NCBI GenBank assembly: GCA_047967505.1
Contig: CM106538.1
DNA length: 64,000 nt
Source: Dipteris shenzhenensis
Lineage: Eukaryota
Reading direction: 5' to 3' (one strand)
Made by a program: the position numbers and the translations under genes. The notes under the pieces were generated by a model. It did no database searches. It was not told where the DNA came from and saw only the letters and a program-made list of their open reading frames with translations. Positions 52,705 to 64,000 of this stretch are shown in pieces (positions within the stretch are counted from its first letter, which is position 1; the number at the start of each line of letters is the position of its first letter).

Positions 52705-55700
52705 AGAAGCCTTAGTAGCCTTGGTATACTTATCCCAGCTGCCGTCTGATTTGTATTTAAGTTTGTGTACCCACTTAGTGCCGATGACTTTCCATCGCGG
52801 GGGCCTGGCCACTAAGTCTCTGCCTGCATGGCAGCCTGCCATTTTGGATTGTCCTTTGCCTCCTCGAAGGTCCTTGGCTCGTCAATCTGAGCCACCAACG
52901 CAAAATTCACAGATGGGGTCTTTTGAAGATGTTGGGACCGACGCAATCCGGAACTGCTACTCTCAGGTAATTCGGTGACCCGAGACGCTTCCAATGTCCT
53001 TAGGTACCATTGGGGCAACCTCTTCTGCTTCTCAGTGGGAGGAGGAACTGCAACTTCTTCTGGAACATCCTGTTCTTCCTGAGTATCTTGTGGAACATCA
53101 GCTTCTGATTTTGCCACCTCTTGGATGGTCAACCTGGGGCGGGATGGGTTCGGGGATTGAATAATCTCCTCCTCTCAATCTGAGGCTCCTCCTGGGGTTC
53201 AGGTTCCTTTTTCTCGAAGATAACATCTCGACTGATAAGGATCCGCTTCTTTACTGGGTCGAAGAGTCGATAGGCCTTGGATTCTTCGCTATACCCAACA
53301 AAGATACATTTTCTGCTTCAGGAATCGAGCTTGGTCCTGTCTTCCTTGTGCACATGCACCCATGCGTTAGAACCAAAAATGGGAAGATGAGTGATAGAGG
53401 GCTTCTTACCATAAAATGCCTCATATGGAGTCTTGTCCTTGACGGCCTTCGTCTTGGTTCTGTTGAGAATGTGTACGGTTGTATTGATAGCTTCACTCCA
53501 ATAGGCTTTAGAAAGGTTTCTCCCTCGGAGCATAGCAAGCCCTGTCTCTGTGGTGGTTCTATGCTTCCTCTCTGCTACCTCGTTTTGCTGAGAAGTATGT
53601 GCTGTGGTGAGTTGTCGCTTGACCCCATGCATGCGACAAAATGTGTTGAACTCATTTGAGGTGAATTCTCCCCCCCTGTCTGTGCGGAATGTCTTGAATC
53701 CTCCCCTGTCTCCTTTTCAACTCTGGTCTTCCAGTCCTTGAACTTCTCGAAAGCCTGAGACTTTTTAGCCAAACAATATACCTAGGTCATTCTACTGAAA
53801 TCATCCACAAAGAGAAGTGAGTACCTGGATCCTGCCCACGATGCTGTAGACTTTGGGCCACAAATGTCGGCATGAACTAACTCAAGTGGTTTGCTGGCCC
53901 GAAACGAGGCCTCTTGTGGGAACTTATCCCTGTGCTGCTTGCCTTCTAGACAAGCCCTACAGACATCATCCTTGCCTGTAATTGGTGGAAGTCCATCCAC
54001 CATCTTTGACTTTGACATTTCAGCCAAGATTCCATAGCTGACATGACCGAAGCGCTCATGCCAAGTTTGGACTTTCTGTTGTCTTCATGAACCAACATTG
54101 CACTGAGACGGTACAGTCCGTTCTCTTCAACTCCTTGAGCCACCATCTGTCCATTTGCTTTGGATGTCACGGTGACCTTGCCATCTTGAAAGAGAACTGC
54201 CATGTTGTTTTTGTCCATCTGACTTACAGACAGTAAATTCTTGCAAAGGTTGGGTACATAAAGTACTTCAGAGATATTCTTCTCCTCACCCGTGGTTGTA
54301 ATGAAAGGAATGCTACCGATGCCCTTCACTGGACACGTCCGGCTATCCCCGACAGAAACTTTGGAATCCGGGTGTATACTTTCCATGGTTTTGAACCAAG
54401 TCCTTCTGTTGGACATGTGCTTGGAAGCACCGCTGTCAACATACCAACCCTCTTTACCTTCACTGACTGAATATGCTGAACAATGTTCACTGATTAAAAA
54501 CAACTGTCCAGTCGTCACATTGGCAGAATCATTCTTAGGCTCTTCTTTGTTCTTGGCTTCTCTCTTCCGCTTCTGATCTGCCTTCTTCTTTCGGCATTCT
54601 TTGGTGGAGTGGCCAAGCTTTTCACAGTAATAGCACTTCATTTTCTTCTTGCGGTCAGCGTCTTGTGACTTCTTGGACTCCTTTGGCTTGCCTTTTCCAG
54701 GCTTGTCTTTGGCCACTAATGCCTTCTCGTCGGTTTGCGTAAAGAGTTTCTCTCGAGCCTCCTCCTGAAGCAGGAGTGGGCCAAGCTCCTCAAAGGTGAT
54801 TGGCTTAGTCCGTTGACCCGCAGTGATCGTAGTCACAAAACTTTTGAAACTCCGTGGCAACTTGTGGAGTGTGAGCAACGCCAATTGACTCGTGTCCACC
54901 TTTTGACCAACCACTGCGAGCTGGTCCCGCACGACTTTCACCTTTGTCAGATGATCATGCACACTATCACCCTCATTCATATCAAGATTATAAAGCTGAT
55001 GCTGAAGAGTAATGATACGGGCTGTATTATCGGTTTCATACAGCTCCTTCAGTATGGCCCACGCCTCTGAAGACGTCTCTGTCAACTAGATATGAGGAAT
55101 CACAGCATCTGCTGTCGTGCCAATAAGCATTGCTAAGGCTTGAGCATCCCTCTCCTCCCATGCACTGAGTTCATCCGCATCTGCTTCAACTAGAACTTCA
55201 CCTCTTTTGTCCACAATGTCCTCTGGCTTCTCCTCGGTCCCAATCACTATCTTCCACAGCTTCCGTGCCAACAGATGGCATAGGATCTTGACTTTCCAGA
55301 TTGGATAGTTCGTCCCATCGAGCTTTCCAGCTTCACCAAAATTGGGAATAAATGAAGAAGGAAGATGACTGGAGAAGGAGGAAGGATGAGCAATGGATGT
55401 AGAGGCTTCTGAACGCTGATCCATGTCGGTGAATAGCAAACTGAAAAACTGAAGCAACAAAGATGTACTGATCTCCCGTGCTAGCCTGAGCTGAAAACAG
55501 AATCGCCTTTCTGCCAAGGGACTCCTTCCTTTAGAGAGTGCTTTGATGAAGAAAAGTTGAGAGCCTATGGCTCTGATACCATGTTAGAGAATAGGAGGGA
55601 ATGAATCACTCAAACCTTCACCCAAGATCTCTCCAACTCTTCCACACACTCAACTCAGATGCATAAATTGGCTCCAAGGGAGCAATACAAAACTCAGCGA

Positions 55701-56193
55701 AGTGCTGGGGAAAACTGATGGAACTCTCTCTCACAAACTGAACCAGCTCTGAGTGCACAGCACAGCCTTGGAAGGAGGCTTTCAGTCTTGCATTGGATGC
55801 TGGAATGACTGAAGAAGTGGGCCTTTTATAGGCACTGCCCAGGCCCTTTGGGTTGACCGACCAGCAGGGTCGGTACCTTGTCTGGTGGCCGACCAGATGG
55901 CCCTGGAAATCCGACCAGGGTTGGCCCTGGTCGGTGGCCCTGGTTGGGCCGACTTGGCCTACCACAGGCCCCTATTTAAGGGTGCCCTGTGCAGCCAGTC
56001 TATGCACCTGCAGGCGCCTCCAAGTGAGGCCCAAGGCCCCGTGTTTCTCTGCTGTTGCAGGCAGCAACCAGCCCGTGTGCTGGTTGCCTATGATGTCAGC
56101 CTGAGTCTCTCTCTTTCCCAGCCCTCCTACCTCTCATTGCCCCTTGTCCCCTCAAATCGGGGGTTCACAGGTGGGCACAGCGAGTTTCTAACA
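52705..56193 (-). mobile_element. 3'-truncated copia element: 5' LTR 55582-56193, PBS, gag-PR-IN, start of RT
   Basis: LTR TGTTAGA...TCTAACA; PBS at 55570-55581. Motifs: KLDGTNYPIWK, CYYCEKLGHSTKEC, WYVDSGASKHM, LELVHADICGP, EPRTFEEA. The remainder is lost. Confidence 0.92.
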
Positions 56194-58919
56194 GGTATGG
56201 TTGTTGATCTTGCTAAAATGCAAGCTTGCTTGCTTGGTAAAATGTACCATTCTGTATTTCCCAAGGATGGTAGAGTTGGCGTATCTCATAAGCTCTATTT
56301 GGTTCATAGTGATGTTTGTGGTCCCATGCGGGTTGCAGCTCAAATTTTGCCTTGAAATCTAAATCTATGGTTTTTGCATGCTTTAAACATTTTATTGCCT
56401 CGGTAGAAAATGAAAGCAGGCTGAAAATAGCCCACATTAATACAAATAGGGGGGGAGAGTATATGTCAAAGGAATTTGCTGATTTTTTTGGCATACATCA
56501 TCAATGCACTGTGCCTTACACTCCTCAACAGAATCCTGTGGCTGAGAGAAAGAATAGATCAATCATGGAGATGGCCAGGTGTATGTTGAAAGGCAAGCAT
56601 TTGCCTAACAAGTTGTGGTTGGATGCCGTTATGTGTGCAAATTACATTTTGACCAGATGTTCCACCAAGGCATTGAAGACCATTACACCTTATGAGGCAT
56701 GGACAGGTCATAAGCTCAGGATTGGATGCTTGGCATATGCACATGTGCCTTCGCAGACACGCACAAAGTTGGATGATAAAGCTGTCAAATGCATTTTTAT
56801 TGGGTATAGCTCCGAGAGCAAGGGCTACAAGCTCTATCAGCCCCGCACTGGCAAGGTTTTTGTCAGTAGGGATGTTGTGTTTGATGAATCTTCCACTCTG
56901 CCTTTGCTGGACTGTCAAAAACAGCCCATTGTTGATGCCCCAAATCTCTTCGACAGCTTGATGCCTTTGTTTCCGTCAGACTCTCATGATGATGTCACAT
57001 CTGAGGTTGCTCCTTCTTCTATTGGTCATTTGCAGCGACATGCGCAGCCTGAAATTCAGCATGATTTACAGCCTGATATGATCAGGATATTGTGCATAGG
57101 GCTCTTGACCAGGAGCGAGCTGAAATACAGGAGCCCAAAAAGGTCCCCCGTTGGCTCCTTGACACTTTAAAAGACAGCTACTCCTTTGCTAGCCCATACT
57201 AGAGTAGATGTCTGGAAAGAGCATGCTAATTTGGTTGCTACAACATGCAATGAAGAACCACTATGCCATAAGAATGCCTTTTAGAATGAATGTTGGTTGA
57301 AGGCTATGTAAGCTGAATTGGAGTTTATCTATCAGAATAACACTTGGGAGCTATGTGACATGCCTCCAGGCAACAATGCCATTGGAACTAAGTGGGTTTA
57401 TAAGATTAAATGGAAAGCTGAATTGGAGTTTATCTATCAGAATAACACTTGGGAGCTATGTGACATGCCTCCAGGCAACAATGCCATTGGAACTAAGTGG
57501 GTTTATAAGATTAAACGGAAAGCTGAGGGTTCAATGGACCATTACAAAGCCTATCTTGTTGCTAAGGGCTATGCCTAGCAGCAGGGCATTGACTTTGAGA
57601 AGACTTTTGCCCCCACTTCCAGAATCACTACTATCAGGGATTTTTATTGCCTTTGCTGCTCCTTTTCATTGGGAGGTACATCAGCTTGATATTAAGACAG
57701 CTTTTCTTCATGGGCATTTGCAGGAAGGAGTCTATGTTTTCCAACCTCCTGGCTTTGAGGTTGAAGGTTCTGAAAGGAAGGTATGCCGCTTAAAGAAAGC
57801 CCTATATGGATTGAAGCAAGCACCCCGGGCTTGGTATACCAGGATACATGTTCATTTGCTTAGTCTTGGCTTTCAGAACAGCCCTACTGAAGCTACCCTT
57901 TACATCCGCAAGAGTGGGACAGATTTACTGATTTTAGTACTCTATGTGGATGACATGCTTGTGATTGGGACACATTCTGAGCAAATTGCAGCTTTTAAGC
58001 TTGACTTATAGAAGACATTTGCTATGTTTGATCTTGGTCTTTTACATTACTATCTGGGCATTCAATTTGCTAGCAGTGATGTCAGGAGGATGTGAAATTT
58101 TGGGACTTTTGATTTGCGACTCCCGTAATTTGCGCATGACTGCCTTGAGCCTCTTGGGCGCGAGGGTCTGGCCATGCAATTAATTCCTAGGGCCAAAGTG
58201 TGTAACAGGGGGGCCAAAAGAGTGGTGCAATTAAAAAACACTGCTTCAGATTATCAGTTTTAGGTGTTCCAGAGCTCGCCAGGGAAATTCGTTTTTACCT
58301 AGGAGCCAGTTTCAGGTGATCCAGAGCTTGCTAGGGGAATTCGTTTTTACCTAGGAGCCAGTTTCAGGTGATCCAAGGCTTGCTAGGGAAATTCGTTTTT
58401 ACCCACGGGCCAGTTCCAAGTGATCCAGGGCCTGCCAGAGCAAATCACAATTGATCCAGGAGCCTGTTGCAGGTGGCGATTTCTGGCAGGGTGGCTGTTC
58501 CAGTTTGCGATTTGCTTTTGGGCTGTTCCAGGTGCGCGATTGGTTCTAGGGCTGTTTCAAGAGTTCTGGACTTGACCAGGCTGCTCCGGGTGAACTGCGA
58601 CTTGCTTTTTCAAGCTTTCAGGCTTTGCAGGAGATTTCGACCTGATTTTTTGGAGCTTGTGACTGGTTTTGGTAACTTTCCAGGCGTGGGTGTTCGCTTC
58701 TCAGCTGCTCTTGGGGCTGTGCTGGAGCAGAATCAGCTTATCTCCGCATGATCTTGGTTTTCTAGCCAGGGTGACCTTTCTTCTGAGGATTCCAGGTAGA
58801 AGAAGGCTTGTCTTTGCCTGCTTTTGCCGTTCCCAGGTTGGTTGCTGGCTAGTTATTGCGTTTGGGTTTCTTTCCTTGCGAAGAAGGGTTGATTTATGCT
58901 GTTGGACAGTGGCCAGGGA

Positions 58920-61900
58920 CATGATTGCAACTGTACGCGTACGGTCAGTTTTTTCGTACGGATTCCGTACGGCCGTACGTACGGACGTCCGTACGTGACT
59001 TTTTTTGGGGGTTAAAAAATCGGGATGCGTACCTTATATTGTTGCTGGGCTGCGATGTTCGAAATTCGAATCCGGATTCCGTACGACATCCTTGCGAAGG
59101 CTTCCGTACTGTTCACCGTCGACCGACGCTCTGCTTGCAGGCTGGCCGCTGCACACCGACCATTGCTGCCTCAAGAGCCTATTTAGGCTGACGTTTGCTT
59201 CTATTTAGGCAGGCTGCAGCCCTTTGCCCTCTTCTAAGCTTCTTCTGCACCTTGCTCAGTGCTGCCCTCTTCTTCAGTCCCGACTCCAGAGTCCCCTCAG
59301 CCCTTCACTCTTCTAAGTTCTAAGTTCTTCAGTTTGCCCTCTTCTTCAGCACCTTGCTGCCCTCTATTTAGACAGCCCTTTGCCCTCTTATACTTGCTTT
59401 GGAGGTGAGTGGTCACCGTACAGTTGCAGCCCGCAGCTTGCCTCTACACTCTACCTGCTCCAAGTGTCAAGGTAAATGCAATGGCTGCTTTTTTTTCCTG
59501 TTTTGCAGCAAGTGCTCTCTCTTTAGTTGATGCCATCTAACAGGGCAGCCTGCAAGGACTTCAAGCCCTCTTTGGAAATTGTTCCTTTGCCCAATGCCCA
59601 TTGCCTTATTTGCCCTCTTTTGCAAATTTGCAGCTTGCAAATCTACAAATGGGAAGACAAAAAGGACCAGAATGGGAATTTGTAGAGGCCTTGAAGCCTT
59701 TGGGGAAGGGCCAATTCACTTGTAAATGTAAATATTGCCCTCATTCATGGGATGGAGGACCGACCCGTATAAGGGCACATTTTCTTGGGCTCACAGGCTT
59801 GGGGGTTGACAAGTGTACTGCTCCTCCTGAAAATGTGAAAGATACTTGTCGAAGATTGCAGGCAAAGGTGCCCCTAAAAACTGCTGCAAAACAGCTTGTT
59901 GAAGATGTGGCTGATTTGGGAGATGCCTCAGTGAGTGGTACTGCAAGTGGAAATGCATCTGGCAGTGCATATGAGCCAAAGCAAAAGAAGTTGAAGACGT
60001 CAAAGGGAACCTTGGAAAAGGCATGGGAGTCACAAGCACGGAAGGATGCATACATTGCTCTCCGTCGTTTTTTCTTTGCAGAGGATATTCCTCATTGGAA
60101 GGTGAGGAGCTCTTATTTTTTGGAGATGGTTCGTGCCATTGGCCAAGTTGGGCCTACCTTCAAGCCTCCATCCTACAATGTTTTGCGCACAACGGAGCTA
60201 ACTAATGAAGTAGTATGCATAGATCAAGAGATGCTACAGTTTCGGGATAAGTGGAAAAAATATGGCTGCACCATAACTTGTGATGGTTGGTCTGACACTC
60301 GACGCCGGCCTATAATCAATATTATGGTCTCATGCATATATGGTTCAGCCTTCTTGAAGTCCGTGGACACAAGTGGGCAGTATAAGTCAGGGGAGTACAT
60401 CTTTGGGATACTGAAAGATGCCATTCTTGATGTTGGGGCTGAAAATGTGGTGCAGGTGTGTATGGACAATGCATCTAACTGTGTGCGGGCAGGAGAATTG
60501 GTGGAGGAAGAGTGGCCTCACATTTTCTATACTAGATGCACATGCCATTGCCTTGACCTCTTGTTTGAGGACATTGGAAAGCTTCCATGGGTAAAGCCAG
60601 TGTTGGTACATGCTAACATGATTGTGACATTTGTTACCCGGAAACACACCGTGTTAGCAATGTATAGAAAATTCAGCAAGAAGGAATTGGTGAAGCCAGC
60701 ACAAACACGGTTTGCTTACATGTTTATCATGTTAGCAAACTTGTTGGATGAGAGGGTATACAATGGATTGCGTCGCATGGTTGTCAGTGATGAGTATTGC
60801 AAGAAGAAGGTGTCACGCACTGTGAAAGCACAACAGGTGTCTTCTATTATATTGGGTGCTTCATTTTGGCAAGATGCAAGACTCATTGTGAAGCTTTGTG
60901 CACCTATTTTGAAGATCCTTCGCCTGGCTGATAGGGAAGGCGCTACCATGGGACTTGTATATGAACTCACTGATCGGATGGTCGAGAAGATGGCAACTAT
61001 TGATGGGATTGAATCCTCAAAGCTGGCTGATGTTAGAGCCTTATGTGTTGACAGGTGGAATATGATGCATTCTCCATTGCATGCGGCAGCGTTTGTTCTC
61101 CATCCTATTTGGAGAGAGAAAAATCCAGATAGTGACAAGGAGATGCACGATGGGTGGATGGATGCCATAGAGCGGTACACCAAGTATGATGTTGACAGCC
61201 AAGGCACCTTATGTGATGAGTTGGATATTTACAAATCCATGTCAGGCACATTTGCTCGTGCGATTGCAAAGGATGAAAAGAGAATGCACCAAGGGGTGAA
61301 ATGGTGGGAGACATTTGGGGCTCACACACCAAATTTACAGCGGTTAGCTCTTCGAGTGCTCTCGCAAGGCACATGTGCTTCTCCTTGTGAGAGGAATTGG
61401 AGCACATTCTCTCTTATCCATACTAAAAGAAGGAATAGGCTGCTTCCAAAGAATACCGAGAAATTAGTATACATCCATACTAATTTGCGTCTCATTTCCA
61501 AAATCAAGGAAAGGGGATTTGAGAAGATAGAAGTGACCTTAGAAATGATCAACAAGGAGAAGGATGATGATAGGCTGCTAGCGAGGCAAGCAGATACAGA
61601 GGGAGAAGACATTGCAGCCCCTATTGTTACACTTACAGGAACGATGGATGCTGCTGCAGCTTCAAGCAGCTCTAGTCTTTTGGAGTTCCATGGCGAGGCA
61701 GATGAGGATGATAGTGATGAGGAGGAGGAGGAGGATGAGGAGGGTGCAGGCATTGATGCAGATGATGATGAGGATGAGGATGAGCAAGAGGATGAGAATG
61801 AAGATGCAGCTTGAGGCTGTGGCACACTGGCAGCCTTTTCTTTATGATGTTTTTCCTTTCATGTTTTGGTGTAGTTACTAATACGGTGTACCTACTTCCT

Positions 61901-62311
61901 TTGAAGTTTGATCATGATGTTTTGGACCTTTTGAAATTTGGTGTAGTATTGATTATTGATCTATGATCTATGATTCCATCTATGATGTATCAAAATCTAG
62001 AATCCAGATGACTACGGTCTCTGGAGGCTGGAGTCTTTCATGAATGAAGAATCACGATTCACGACTCATGACTCATGACTCATGATTGACGACTTTAAAA
62101 TTAATACAATTATACAAGTTTCAAGTTTCAGTTTAATACCTGTGTGTCAATTTAATGTGTACAATGATCAATGATCAATCTATATTTTTCTGAAATTTTT
62201 TGGATAAAACTAGGGTCACGTATGTTTCAGCCCCAAGGGCTGAACCATACTCCAATCATACTTCCGTACTCGTATGACGTATGCGTATGGTAACGTATGG
62301 AAAAAACTATG
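58920..62311 (+). mobile_element. hAT DNA transposon, apparently intact
   Basis: 8-bp TSD GCCAGGGA (58912-58919 and 62312-62319). Imperfect termini CATGATT/AACTATG. Clustered CGTACG/CCGTAC subterminal motifs at both ends. Confidence 0.93.
59649..61814 (+). CDS. hAT transposase, 721 aa (BED finger, DUF659/DDE core, dimerisation domain, acidic tail)
   Basis: Uninterrupted ORF from the first ATG at 59649. Motifs: CKYC...RIRAHF...C, CDGW (D), MDNASN (D), CTCH (CxxH), TRFA, CERNWS (E). Confidence 0.95.
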   Translation: MGRQKGPEWEFVEALKPLGKGQFTCKCKYCPHSWDGGPTRIRAHFLGLTGLGVDKCTAPPENVKDTCRRLQAKVPLKTAAKQLVEDVADLGDASVSGTASGNASGSAYEPKQKKLKTSKGTLEKAWESQARKDAYIALRRFFFAEDIPHWKVRSSYFLEMVRAIGQVGPTFKPPSYNVLRTTELTNEVVCIDQEMLQFRDKWKKYGCTITCDGWSDTRRRPIINIMVSCIYGSAFLKSVDTSGQYKSGEYIFGILKDAILDVGAENVVQVCMDNASNCVRAGELVEEEWPHIFYTRCTCHCLDLLFEDIGKLPWVKPVLVHANMIVTFVTRKHTVLAMYRKFSKKELVKPAQTRFAYMFIMLANLLDERVYNGLRRMVVSDEYCKKKVSRTVKAQQVSSIILGASFWQDARLIVKLCAPILKILRLADREGATMGLVYELTDRMVEKMATIDGIESSKLADVRALCVDRWNMMHSPLHAAAFVLHPIWREKNPDSDKEMHDGWMDAIERYTKYDVDSQGTLCDELDIYKSMSGTFARAIAKDEKRMHQGVKWWETFGAHTPNLQRLALRVLSQGTCASPCERNWSTFSLIHTKRRNRLLPKNTEKLVYIHTNLRLISKIKERGFEKIEVTLEMINKEKDDDRLLARQADTEGEDIAAPIVTLTGTMDAAAASSSSSLLEFHGEADEDDSDEEEEEDEEGAGIDADDDEDEDEQEDENEDAA

Positions 62312-63773
62312 GCCAGGGAGACTATAGATCGAGGCAACCTGCTGGGAAGAGTTTGGTTGTTTGATTGCACCAGAGTTCAGCTATTGAGGGCTTTGTCTTG
62401 CAGTTGTTCAGTCGTGTTGGCTGGTTGGGCACTTGGATGTGCGATTGCAGGAGTCGTTCAAACAGTGGATGCTATTGGGGTCTCTATTGCATGCTTTGGT
62501 TGGCTAAGGATACAAGATTGCCTAGGGATTGGATGCCGTTCACCGTTTGAAGTTGAGCAGGGAATTACAAGGTGGGCTGGACGGGAAGTCTGAGGGCGTT
62601 GGTTTGCCTGTGGAGCAGCTTCCGAGAGACCTTTGTAATCAGCCTCTTGGCTTCAAATGAATGTTAAATAAATAGCGCAAGGGGCGCCAGCATTTGGGGC
62701 CAATGGGTGTCTTTGTTTCTGAGTAGGAGCGCTCTAGCTCCCTTGTGATTTGTGGTGTGTTGCAAATTTGTTTGTCTATTTACTGTATATGCTGTATTTA
62801 CGTGGATCCTACCACCCTTTACGTTGTTGAGGCTGGTTTCAGTGGTAGTGATGGGGGCATTTTTATGTCACAATCCAAGTATATTGGACAGTGTTTTCAG
62901 TTTGAGGATTGCAAGCCAGTATCCACACATTAGAGCCTGGTTTTCACTTCTCATTTGAGGATGGCAGTGGTACATGTGATGTCACCATCTATCACCAGGC
63001 AGTTGGTTGTTTGATTTATTTATGCCATACCAGACCCAATCTTCAATATTATGTCTCACAGTTGAACGGATATATGCACAGCCCCTCTACGCACCATTGG
63101 CAAGCCGTGAAGCGTGTCTTTAGGTACCTCAAAGGCACTCAGCATGTGGGCCTTCTTTAATGAGGCCGATTCTTCACTTTTTATGCATGGATTCACTGAT
63201 AGTGATTGGGCTGGTTGTTCGGACACCTGTGTGTCACATAGTGGCAACTGTTTCATGCTTGGTACTTCATGCATCTCTTGGTTCAGCAAGAAGCAGACCA
63301 CACTTGCTACGTCTAGCTATGAGGGTGAGTACATAGCAGCTTTTACAGCTACAGTGGAGTGTGTTTGGCTCCGGAAGTTACGTGTAGATCTTCATGCATG
63401 TCAAACTGCTCCCACCGTCCTCTTCACTGATAGTCAGATTGCTTTGGCTGTTGCATGGAATCCAGTTTTCCATGCCCGCACAAAGCATATTGAGGTTCAC
63501 TATCACTATGTCAGAGAGAGATTATCAGCAGGTGATATTCAGTTGTCTTATGTTCCCACTGAAGACAACTTGGCATATCTTTTTACGAAGGCTCTTCCTC
63601 GACCTAAGTATGAAGCTTTCCGGCAAGCTTTAAACTTAGTACCATTTGTGACTTGATCTGTTACGCTCTGTATAGTCATAGGTTGCGATATCCCTACAGT
63701 ATGAACATGGTGCAACCATGACATTAGATATTTAGGTATTCTGAGGTGCGGAGGATACTTCAGTCCATTCCAT

Positions 63774-64000
63774 AGAGGGGGGTTTGTAGGCCATTCTATG
63801 GGCTATCCATAAGTGCCACTCATTCCTTGGTATGTGTCTTGTAGGCCTAGTTATAGGCAGTTAGGTCAGTTGGTACATTTAGGAGATGTACAAGTTAGAA
63901 CACTTAGGCCAGTTACGGCATCCTACTGTAGGGTTTTGTTATATTGAGTTTCTCTTGTACTTTCACTCAGTTTTCCGGCAATTCAGTACAGCAGCTCGTT
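63774..64000 (+). mobile_element. PPT and start of the 3' LTR of the plus-strand copia element (runs off the window)
   Basis: AGAGGGGGG at 63774-63782 followed by TGTAGG at 63785, about 120 bp after the RNase H stop. Confidence 0.7.

Larger units (their letters stand above)
58080..62846 (+). mobile_element. Solo-LTR-like insertion (~1.36 kb net: 58080-58919 plus 62320-62846) inside copia RT
   Basis: AGTGA direct repeat at 58075-58079 and 62847-62851. Starts TGTCA and has TTTCA at 62837-62841. Contains ~52-bp tandem repeats at about 58260-58460; no coding capacity. Confidence 0.75.
56194..63656 (+). mobile_element. Decayed copia pol (IN-RT at 56194-58079; RT end and RNase H at 62852-63656), interrupted by nested insertions
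   Basis: LVHSDVCGP, TPQQN, LYGLKQAPRAW, LYVDDM. The reading GIQFASSD|GGIFMSQSKY is restored across the insertion. FTDSDWAG and KHIEVHYHYVRE follow. In-frame 105-bp tandem duplication at 57310-57526. Confidence 0.93.

Noticed and set aside
55086-55088. In-frame TAG between two gag ORFs as a programmed readthrough site
   Set aside because: It lies within gag of an element with many other disabling mutations; a simple C-to-T change explains it.

Overview
Eukaryotic land-plant nuclear DNA. A fern-like genome is suggested by the repeat landscape, but that is inference only. Two intact host genes are present: an intronless P-class PPR gene (6658-9135, minus) and a 3-exon plastid pyruvate dehydrogenase E1 alpha gene (22825-24827, plus). 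The rest is mostly transposon-derived. It includes two Ty1/copia LTR elements with paired LTRs and 5-bp TSDs, Ty3/gypsy and LINE remnants, and a multi-level nest ending in an apparently intact hAT transposon (58920-62311). Two decayed elements are not evident from the ORF track and were found by manual translation. The first is an intron-containing tyrosine-recombinase gene of the Crypton/DUF3504 type (about 39527-40850, minus). The second is a Helitron group-2-like Rep-Pif1 element followed by a GIY-YIG nuclease domain (about 9222-12921, plus). All calls come from motif recognition by eye; no database searches were run.
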